DNA of 64,000 nt, from positions 31,620,001-31,684,000 of the forward strand of contig OZ241833.1 of NCBI GenBank assembly GCA_965202585.1, written 5' to 3'. The notes beneath the pieces were generated by a model. The model ran no database searches, was not told the DNA's origin, and saw only the letters and a program-made list of their open reading frames with translations. Each line of letters begins with the position of its first letter. The first letter of the stretch is position 1. This DNA comes from Thalia democratica. Taxonomy: Eukaryota. Shown here one piece after another: positions 12,101 through 24,100 of this stretch. Made by a program: the position numbers and the translations under genes.

Positions 12101-15100
12101 TGTTTTTAACCGTTAAAAAATCAGTCTGTTCTAGAAAAAATCATGTTTGGTATGCTGCAATTAGCTAAAAAAGAATTTGTGTGCTTTGTAATCTAAAGTA
12201 AAAATCTTGTGCTAAAGTAACTACAAAAAGCTAAATTCGAAATGGCTTTATTGCATTAAAACCATTAGCTTGTCAATGTCATTGCTAAAAATTTTAAGAA
12301 AGTTTAGTAAAATGGTTTAAAATCATAATTATTTTTAACTACAACTATTTTTTCAACACATAAGTTTATTTTTGGAAAAAGAAATTTTGCAGAAAATAAG
12401 GAAACCCGTTAAAATAAGCACAAGCATTCCATAAAAACTAAGCTTTTAAGAGTAGAAAAACTACTTTCGTTTGTCATTTTTAATCTTGTTTTGTACAATT
12501 TAAATCAGTTTAAAAAATGTCAGTTCTGACTAAACGCATACAAAAACACTTATGCTTTTATTATTTTAAAATTTTTGCATCGAAATAAAAAATAACAAAT
12601 TCAAAACTGAAAACGAGTGGAAATTTCAAACCGAAATGCAACCCACGCTTTTATATCAGTTTCTGCGCTAAACACCTGAGCAAATATGAAAACGAGTTAT
12701 TTTAAATTCAATTTTCATGCAGAGAACAATTTCGCATCAACCCCACGCGTTTCAAATTCCCAATAAAATAAAGTTTTAGCGTTAGAATACTTTTTGTTAA
12801 ATTAAAAAAAAAAACAGAATTTAAGCACACTAGAAAAATAAAGGGTTCAAAAAAATTAAGATTGTAAAAAAATAATTTGTACATAGTGTTTTGTAGGGAA
12901 TTAAAAATATCTAGAATTTTATCTTTTTTATCAAATAGCTAAATGGTTATTAAAAGAAAAATATACAAAATTAATAACTTTTGATTACTATGAATTTATC
13001 TAAAATAAAGACTTTTTCGGATTTTTTTAAGTTTAGCTTTATGTAGCAAAACCACTGTTTAAAAACTTTGTTTTATTAAAATAGTATTTGTGTATTGTTT
13101 TAACAAAAAAACCATACAATTATCTTTTTATTATTGAAAAATAGGCAGCATTGGGTTCATACAGTTGATAAATCTATTGAGCGTAATAGTTTAAAAATTA
13201 CGAATCATCTTTTGTTTCGAAAACCAATTATCGATCGAAAATTTTATGAAACTTCGGTTAGAGATTGATAATCGATAATATCGACTTGGCGGCGATGGTC
13301 GAGCCCAGAGAACAGCTTCGTTACAGAATTTTTGCGATTATTTGCGTTAAACTGATTACGACCCACTTTAAAGTTTGCTAGCATCAATTCCAAGGGTTGA
13401 TGAAAAGCTGGTTTGCAAGTTGAAACACAAACGAGATAACATTCACGTTGCACAAATGCAATAAACAGCGTTTTATTTATTTTTTGAGCACTTTTGTATT
13501 TCTGTAAAAGTACTGACTCAACAAAGTTTGATGCTGGATTTTGTAAGCATGATTCATTTTCTAAAACTCGATAAACTACTGCTCAAACTGTATAAGAACG
13601 TTCCACTTAAGTTAATTAACAAGGCTTTTAAAATGGTTTTTGTGAAAAACAAGGAATATTTTTTTAAATTATGTTAAGTTTTAAAACGAACACACAATCG
13701 AATGATGTAAAGACTAAGACGAGTAAAAAATTAATTGAGTTTTTCACAAAGATAAACTATTGTTATACAAAAGACATGATTGTAATAAGAGAGATTGGTT
13801 GTGAAATATTTTGTTTATGTTGCAATTATTTTTACAGCTCCTACTTCATAAAATTTATAGTGTAGTGTATCACATAAATAATTGATAAGTTTATTTTTTA
13901 GTATCATGAGCTACAAACATGTTATAAATCATTTTAACTTAAAGGCATCGATTATAATATGAGGTTGAATTAATAAAATATAAAACTATGTCAGTACACA
14001 TTACATAAACACATTTCGGCATAAAGTAAAAGTTATAATTGTAGTTGTTATTTTTCCGTACAAAATTTAAAAACATCAACACAAATAATAGAAATATTAT
14101 AAGCACCAATCATCGTTGAAAAAAATTCAAAACGTCAATTCTAAAATTTACTTGAACACTTTTCAAAGAAGAGCAGTTTTAATTTCACACCATAAAGTGG
14201 TCATAGGGTCTTAAATATAAAAAATTAAAAAGATACATTTTTCGAATATTGAGTTTTAAAACCACAATAAAAAAATTAAAACATCGTTACACACAACTGA
14301 AATTAACAATTTATCGAACTGCATTGCACTTAACATGCGAAATACTTTACCTAAAAAAATCAAAAGTATAAAACTTAACTTTAATTTTATACAACAAACT
14401 CCTGTGGTTCCTTCTTTGGAGTTATTGTATTAAAATAAATATCATTTAATTTAATAAAAAATGTTTAAACACCAACCAGTCTATAAAGTGTTAAAAACTT
14501 CAATTGAAAGTGCTACATTTTTGTACCTAACTCTTGGATGAGTATCAAAAAATTGAAACTAATACTGACAAAAAGCAGTAAGATAAATTTAAATTTAATT
14601 TTGTAAAAAACAAACAAACCCCTTTTTGTAGCCCCTCCTGTGAAGTTCGTGGTTGAAAAAAAAAGAAAATACTTATAAACAAAAATATGTTAATAACAAA
14701 CAAAAAACAAAAAAACACTTTGTGTTTTTCCTCCCTACGAAATCCGTGTTTGAAAAGAAAAGTAAAAAAAAAAATCAAGTACTTAATTAATTGAGAAAAA
14801 AAAATTAATGATCAAACAACAAACCCTTGTTTGGTTTCTGCCGTTGAGTTTGTGTTTGAAAAATAAATAAGTCTGAAAAAACGAAAAAAAAACAATAGCA
14901 ACTATTATTTCGAAGCAAACAAGAACCCCAAAAATAATATTTCAAAAAACTAGTTTAGTTAATATATGAATATTAATAAAAAATGTTAATTTAATAAGTT
15001 ATAATTAACAACAAACCAAATAATTAACAAAAGTATTTTAAAATAACAATTATTAACAAACAAACCCCTCGCGTGGTTTCTCCTGTGAAGCTCGTGTTGC

Positions 15101-18100
15101 CTGGCAGCCAACTGATGGTTCATCTGGTCCCTCCTCCTGTTTTCTTGTTTCTGGGGAATCACCGTCATCTGCGGCTTCACGTGCCGTTTCAAGCCTTCTG
15201 GTTGGTTCAAGTTGGACGACGAGCAGCCGGCAGCTTGCTGCTGATTGGCCACTGGTTGCTTGGTTACTGGAATTTTTGAAATATTTATTGAGGATTTTGA
15301 TAAGAGCTGGTGAGAGTTTTTTTATTGTTTTTATTTTTGTGGATTTCAATAAAACTTGTTATGTGACTAAAAGCTTAACTTTAGAGAAAATAAATTTTGA
15401 GAATACTTTTAATAAATATTTAAGGATTCTTATTAGTATTTTTTAGTCTTTATAAATTAAAAAATATCAATTTTCACAAGGTTTTAAACATATACATTTA
15501 AATTTTATATAACTTGTTATGTCACTGAAGTTTTCAAGTTTATAAAAATGTAATATCTCTTAATATTCAAGGATTAACTAAAAAATTATTTTTGGTCTTT
15601 ATTAAATAAAAAGTGTTTAAACTTTTTTCATAGTTTAAATATTAAGGTTTTTATTTACTTTCAGTAAATTTTGATAAAAACTGTTCTTTTAAACTAAAAT
15701 AATGAACTACTTTAAAATATTGCTTTCATTAAATGAATTTTACAATGAGTAGTGTTTACCACATTATAACATTATTTTTAGTTTAACTTAGTGTGTTGTT
15801 AGTGTTTAAGATAAGAAAAAACATAGTTATAAATTTTAAATATACTTAGTAAAAACTTAAGTTTTAGTATATTATTTAAAAAAATTATCATGAGACAAAA
15901 ATGCAATATTTTTAATAAGAAAACTAAATACCCATTATACTATTTAATGGTTTTTATTTAATTTAAGTAAAGTCTATTTTAAATGAAAAGTTGAATGTAA
16001 CATTACTTTAAAAATACATATTTTCGAATTACAAACTATATATAAAAAACTAACCCTAAAGAACTTATTACGAAACTTAATTAATTTCAATATAAATAAT
16101 TGATTATAATAATATTTAATATACTGAAAAAGTACACGTTAAGTCAACAACTAATTAAAAAAACCTTTTAAACCAAAAACCTTTTAAAGCTCTTTAAATA
16201 CTTAACTATGTTGTCCAAACTCAAAAAATACTGATAAAAAAAGTTTTATTTTAAAAACAGTTAAGTATATAGAGAGTAAAAATAACTAATTTTATATTAA
16301 AAAGCTAAATAACTGTAGGTAATTTTAATTAAAAACTTTTTTTTTAATACTGTAAATGTAATACTTTGGAAACATTTACAAAAAAAAAAAAAAAATAATA
16401 TATTGTAGATAGTCTTAAAATTATGATTACAAAAAACATACCTAAATTAAATCTATTTTGTAAACGAATTAAAAGCTAAGTGAAACAAATTACTTATATA
16501 ATTTATAACAAATAAAATTACAAAAATTTAAACTAAACTTACAACTAATCTGTGTGTAACCTCATCTAAAAAGCTTCAACAAACAAAACTAAAAATCAAA
16601 TAAAAATCTGGCGAGAACTGGAATAAAAATAAATTTAAACTTAAACTGTTTGCTGCCCATATAAAATGTAAAATTTAATCAAAAACACAGACGAAAATCA
16701 AAGAAGCTTCGTTTATTTTTAAGGTCAGCCTTTTTACTTCCTTGAATTTTTTTTCAAAACTTCGCGTTAATTTACATCCTCTTATGAAAAATCCTATTTG
16801 CATTTAATTTTGTATGGAATTAAGTTTAGTGAAAATATAAGCTCTAAACAGTGTGCGTGAAGTAAAAACCGATAAGATATAGATAGGTAACTTGATGCTG
16901 TTTAAAAATGTATTAGTATCATAAATGGTTAATTGATTAATGTATAGTAGAACAAAATGTTCAATCTGCATTTAGTTTTGTATGAAAGAAATTTTATTGA
17001 AAACATAATCTTCAAAATCCACGTAAATTAAAATTATTAAAACACGGGAAGTTATAAAACGCATTAATACACATATTTAACGCTCATTAAATGTCTGATA
17101 CAAATAAAAATTGATTTCCATTTAACTTTTTACGAACTTAAATTTTGTCATAATGAGCTGTCAAATAACAATAAAAAAGGCATTTAATAACACTTCTCGG
17201 CTGTTAAATGACATAATGTTTTACGCTAATTAAAATTGCATTTATATAAAAACAAAGTTAAAAATTAATTTGCATTTTACTCGTTATAATTAAAGTTTAA
17301 ACATGTGGCTGTAAATGAAGACAAATAAGGCGCTCCATAAAACAATTTAAAAAGTTTGACGACCGTTTAATTGTGATTAATATGCAATTTCGTGCACTTA
17401 AAATAAAAGTTCATTTAAAATTAATGCTTATTTAACGCACAATTATCGCATTAAATTGTTTTCAAAAGATTACTTTGTTTACATTTTGATTTGTTGATAA
17501 TTAAATTACAATCAAGTGTTTTAGACCAAAAGTTATTTCTTACCATGAAATCATATAGAATTTTTAAGTGTGTAGTCATATAAGTTCCAAACAAAGTTTG
17601 TTTATTTAAAAACTTGTTTTTATTTATCCTGGATAACTTTTTAAGTAATTGATACTTAAAAAAAATCATACCTGTATTAATCTCACTTTTTAAAACCCAA
17701 ATTTAAACTATAAAGCTTCAAAAAAACAAACTTCACTTTTTATTTTCATTATGCACCAGCTTTCAGGAAAATTTAAACTTGTATTAATTTATAAACTTTT
17801 TTTCTATATTTATTTAATAATAACGTTATTCTGATTATTTAAATAACTAGCTATGACGTAGCAACTAACGCTGTATCATGTTGACTTTTGAGTTCTGCAA
17901 TTTTCTCCTCCGCATAGCAACCGCTTGGTTGTTATGTAGTGACGTAGGGGGAGGGGTGGGACACAATATGACGTCACTGTCACTGTTGTTATAGTGCTGG
18001 GGCTTCAACCGGTGGTCCCTGGGGGCGGGAACGAAGAACTGGTCCCCGGATTGAGACTTGGTCGTCTTGGCAACCGAAGTTAAGGGCTTCACCTTTGAAA

Positions 18101-21100
18101 TTGATTATAAAAAAATATAAAAAAAAAACTTTTCAAAGTTTTAAATTTTATGAAAGACCACCATTTATTCACCATCAAGGTAATTTGAAATAACATTTTT
18201 GATTGATGTAACAAAACATTTGGTATAGCTAGTTTTGATATTTTTTTTAGCTACACACATTTAGAAAAGAAAAAAAGTTTTCGTTCGTATTAAGTTTAAA
18301 CAACTAGTCAAAAACTTATCTCAAAATATTAAAAATTATTTTCAAAAGCTTTCTAACGTTTTTTTATCGTATTCAATTTTTTTTTGCTGTTATATATACT
18401 TTTTTTCTAACAAAACACTAGACTTTTCTCCAGACGATTTTTTTTAACGCAGACATAACATTTAAGCTTGATTAATAGCACATAAAAATTGCATAACTAA
18501 TACTTAGCTATCCATCTTGTATAATAGAATCCAATTATCTCATTAATATGTGATAAAACAGTTTAAAAAAATTTGATCATTCTTATAAACCCAAACTTGT
18601 AAATTTACAGCTGCATTTTACAGAAGCACAGTTTGATTTCTGCCCAGAAAAAATGCTTTGAACTCAATTTGACTTTGAAAAGCAATAAAAAAGTTTAACG
18701 ATGTGCAAAAGTGAATTGCCGATATTTAGATGCATTAAACTAAATTTGATGGGAAAAAGTCTCGTGTACAAACTATAAACTGTTTTGTTAAACAGCTTTT
18801 TAAAAAGAACATTTTTCTTTGCAATTTATACTAGAAAAAAAACTTGATACAACATTTTAATTGGTTTTATTTCTTTGAACATTTTTTTATAAACTGCATT
18901 GTTAAATGCTGTTTCATAAGTAACTTTACTATTTTTGACAATCTATACCATTTAAAACTAGTAATTTTTTACCTGAGAAAAACCATGTCGTAGAAAAATA
19001 TGAAACTCAAATTAATTATTTATACTTTCATTGGACAACAATAAGTAAACTTTATTGAATGAAACAAAAACTTTAGAAGAGGTTTAGCCGAAAATGGTGT
19101 TTTAAAATATTTTCCAAGTACCTGTTGTTTTTTACACATGTCATTTTGTAACGTAACTGATTGATAGGTTCTAAAGTATAACTTAATAAATATCAAAAAT
19201 ATAACAAGTTTATTAACGACACTTTAAAAAGCGCATTGATGAACACTGGCTGCTTTAACATAACTACTTTTGTCATCACTAATATGGGATTATTAAAAAA
19301 AAAATTATGCTTTAATAAAAAACTGTTCACCAAAGCACACTAAATTAGATTGAAAAATCATAAAATTAAAATTTTCTCAAAAAAAAATTACAAATACTAC
19401 AAAAAAACAATGTATTGAAATACTCTTTTTTACCTTTTTGTTCGTTTTTGATAATTCCTCAGAATCACTTTCAATTTCACCCTAAAATAAAAGAAATAAA
19501 AAATAAAAAAAACAGTAAAATAAAAGCATGCAAAAATAAATAAAAACTGCAATTCAAGCCAAAACTTTTACATTTTGTTTGTTACCTATTCGATTGTATT
19601 AAAAACAAAAGATAACACACAATACATACTTAGTCCATAAACAGTTTTTTATCAGTTTAATTAAATCATAAAAACACAATTTGTTTTTATTCTAATTGAT
19701 GATAAAATGTTAATATCTTCAAAGTGATTTATTTTGAGATTACGGCCGAAAACTGATATCGTATAATTTATTCATATTTGAAATTATATATAATTTTTTG
19801 TTTCTTTTAAGTTAACAAAATAATAAAACTTATCTAAAACAAGAATTCAGTCATTATGGTTTGGGAAAGATTTTGTCAACTATTAATGCTAATATTTCTT
19901 ACTCAACATTTTTATTATATAAGTTTTGTTTCTTTAAAGTTTTTGGAAATAGTTAACTATGTCATAAAACTTGTCTAAAATAAAAATTAAGTTAGCTTAA
20001 GTTAACTATTTATGATAATATTTCTTACTAACCCTTGTTGCTGTATAATTTTCTAAAATATAATGGCAAAATAAAACTATTAATAAAAAGCACACAATAA
20101 AACTTTATCATCAGCTTTCTAGGCTATTAAAAAAGTACTTAATGGCAATTATGTGCGTTTTAACGCTTTAATGTCTTAAAACCCACTTAATTTAGTTACA
20201 CACAACCCGTTATTAGTTTGGAAAAGCCAATAAAAAAAACGTTTACAAACAAAAAGTCTTGTGTAAACTGTTGTCCAAATATTTGCGCAGTTAGTCAAAC
20301 AAAACTGAAAAAAAATTGCGAACATTTTATGCTATCAACATTAAAATATCACGCTTTAGAAAAACTAATTTATCGATCTAATCTGTGATTGACGTTCGCA
20401 AAACGTTTATGTTTTTTATTTGTTGGTGCTTCATAAAACTGCGGTTCGAAAAAACATTTGTTAAAGTTGAGACACTTGCAAACCGCAATGCTCGAATTGC
20501 AAACAAATATTATTGTTGATTTTGTCATTTTGAAGCTGTGAGTGTTATTACAAGTGGCACTTCGCGCGTAGTAGCAAAGTTTATACATTTATTTCGTCAA
20601 AAACAAAATAACACTTTAATTTGTTGGTTTGTTTTAAACATTGTGGCACTATGGCTTGTTTATCAAAGTTTGTACAAAAATATTGAATTATGTATGTCTT
20701 AGTTCAAAATTTGATATTAAGTTCATGTCAAATAAATCTCTATGTTACATTGCGCCGCATCATGTTATACATTTTAACATGTCAAAGTTACATCAAGTAT
20801 TTCGCTGTGTCAAAAACTACACATGTATAAAACTTTTAACTGTGTCACACTTACTAAGTAAAAAATTATTTTAATTAAAATTTTTAAAACTAATCATTTA
20901 TCATGCTAAACTATTTACTATGTTAAGTTATGTAATATTTTAGTTTCATAATTTGTAAAATAACTCACTTCATATCCACACGCGCTTCTGGTACTCACGC
21001 TGCTTGTCTGAAGAAAAAAAAGAAGATTAATTACCAGATTGTTTATTTGAATTATTGTCGTTAATTACATTCTCTGGTTTCTGTGCACTGCAGGCTAATC

Positions 21101-24100
21101 GCTTATATGTTTTCGTAAAGACTCAGAACTAAGAAATTGAAAATTATTGATGCTGTGTTTGAATAGTGAAAACAAGAATTAATTAAACTCGTGATGTTAT
21201 ACAACAGCTTGATGGATTATGAACATTTTATTGTCTTGTTTGTCTTTTTTAGTTTTTATTGCGTGAGACGATATAAAACGCTTTAACTTTATTTCGAAAA
21301 TCAAACAACCATTTGGTTTTATATAAAAGCATTAGAAAAACACAACCCAAAAGTATAAAAAATAATAAAAAACTCCCCAAAATATTTTCGTATAATACTA
21401 CGTGCTAACTTTACAGAGTATAAACTTATTTAACACATAAACTGGTATTCAGATTAAATTCACTATTGACAAATGACCACAAACGCTGTAACGTTAGTAA
21501 ACACACAAAAAATCAATATTTATATTGATTATTGTTGTCCTGGTTAACATTGAACAGTTGCTTGCAAAGTTTTAACCGTTTACTGCTAAAATCAAGTTGA
21601 ATTTTTTTAATTCAGTTCAAAAATTTAAGTGAACTTTAATTTTTTTTTAAATTTCCAGAATAGTTAAAGTAATTTACTTTGAGAAAAACTAATAAAATAT
21701 GTTTAAAGCACAATGAATAAGGCATGGTATTTGTTTATTTGGGTCAACTAGTTTACAATTTTAAACAAACAAATTTTAAAGAAGTTTTGTTTGAACAATC
21801 AAAGTTTACTGATTATTCTTTAGTACAAAAAAAGTCAGTTTATTTGCCTTTAAACTAAAAATACTTTGAATTTATAGTTTATAAAAAAAAAGTGTTTTAA
21901 AAAAACTGTAAACAACTTAGCAATATAAAAAGTTAAAAAAAAATTATTATAAAACATAAAAAGTCTTAGATTAAAAATTTTTAAACAAGAGTAGTAACAA
22001 TTAGTACAGAACAATTTTAAAATTATTAATACTTAAAAAATATTTTTGCGTTGATTATAATTACATTTTAAAAATAATTTTAGTTCTGGTATTAAATAAG
22101 TTAGGATTAAAAAAAAACATTTATATTTCAAACAAGCTTTTTACATGTCAAAGCACAATTTTAAACAAAAGAATAAACAACTAACACATGACTCTTCGAG
22201 GGGAATACCCGAGCTCTGAGTCTCGGGACTGTTCTGGACTTTTTCATTTTCGCCTTCCTCATCACAAGTGCCAACATCACTCACTTCACCCTCGTCATAG
22301 GACGACATGTCGAACACTGTCCTGGTCACCTGGGGTTAGTAGTTTCTTGCATTAACAGAAAAAACTCTAATAACGACAATAACGAATAATTAATTCAAGG
22401 TTTTTATGACTAAAATATATTTATCTTTGAAATGACTCAAATTAAAAAAAAAAAAATTACCTGGGGATCTTCCAACTTTTCGAAGGAGTCGGCGCATATG
22501 ATGCTGAAGTCCTCCACGATGTACTCCACCACCTCGTCGGGATCGGTTTGGGGATTTTCCCCATCTGAAAACTGTTCATGCTGCTGCTGGTTGGGTGGGA
22601 TCACCTCCTGCTTGGGAGTCTTGACGAAGACCGGCGCCCTCTTGGGTTCAATCGCGTTCTGTGTGTGATGAAAATTAAAATGCTTTATGGCGTCTCAGTG
22701 AATTTTTGTAAAAGTATTTTAAATACGCGTGAAAGAGAAACAACTGGTGTAATAGCAAATTAGCATTTGACAGTTTAAAGTTGTGGGCTTTTAAATTTTA
22801 CACAAAAAATCTTTGAGCCCAAACCGAAATTTTGACTAGCAGTTGAAATATTGTGAAAGTGGTTGCATGTGCACTTTTATTCAAAAGTGTGCTTTTTATA
22901 CTTTTTAATCAGTTGCTTTACATTGAGCACTAGCACATAAAATTAAACAAAATTGTTTTTTATAATTTGTTTATATAGTTATTTGTCTCAACTAAAAAGA
23001 TTTCTCCATTTACTGAAACGTAAGAGCTTATTTAAATATAAATGTGCACATTTATATTTACAATTTGTTTAAAAATACTTATATGCAATCTAATTTGCAT
23101 AATTTTTTTTAGTAATTTGCTGCATACAGCTATAAAAAACTAAGGAACCACTGACAAAATAAGTATACTTAGTAGTACTGATCACCTAAATTCTAAGTAG
23201 TTGATAATAAACAAGCAATTTGTCACAAACTATTTTTCCTCAATCGTTTTATAAAAACTTCCGGCAGCTTAGCTGTTTACACTTTTATAGGTTGAAAATT
23301 TAAGCTTACGACCCTTTTACTTGTTATAAGAAATAAAAGTTAAGCAATGTATTTCATGAATGTTTAAAAAAACAAACTGCTTGTTTGTTATTTATATTAT
23401 TTAAAGTCTTTAGATAAAACAAATACCAACTTTCACACAACTTTTTACAACTTGATTTACAATGCAAAACACACTTTCACAACTGTAGTTTTCTCTGTAA
23501 AACCACATCAGCTACTTACAATTCACTGTTTACTTTAAACAGACTAAATGTTTATTTGAGCGATGACAAACTGTTTACAAACAAACATTCCTCCTACTCA
23601 AACGCTTGAGCGTACAAAAATTTAAGCACGGTGTTTAAAAAATTCGTAAAAGTTTATACTTTTCCTTTTTTAAAGCTTTTATAACTTTTAACTTAAACTC
23701 CACTCGAGTTTTTGTCAAATGTCTTTAATTTCTTTTTAATAGCTCAGACTGAAGATTACTTAAGAGTTTAATCGTTAGTAGAAAATAAACTTTGGCAAAC
23801 TCGTCAATGTGGAATTTAACATTCTTAACAAAATTACATAATACGCTACCACTTACAATTATTTTACAAAAACACGCTTCATACAAGTACAAGTTATTTA
23901 TGTTACTCAAAAGTACAATTAAATATACAGCAGCAACTTTGGATTTTAACAAAATTATAAAAAATAAAAACTAAAATAAAACAAACATACCTTTTCTTGT
24001 TGTTCTTCTGTGGGTTTTTCAGGTGAAACCTTCTTTTCCAAATTCTTTTCAACCTGCAATTTCTTATCGCTTTTCCCTTCTTTCTTCCTCCGTTTCCTAT

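Noticed and set aside
13244-13453. 69-aa minus-strand ORF as an extra AUTS2-like exon
   Set aside because: The flanking exons already join in phase (1-1), and no acceptor/donor pair of compatible phase was convincing.
23745-23790. CTGAAGA...GAAAA hammerhead-like core
   Set aside because: No stem I, no NUH cleavage triplet in position, and only a weak stem II.
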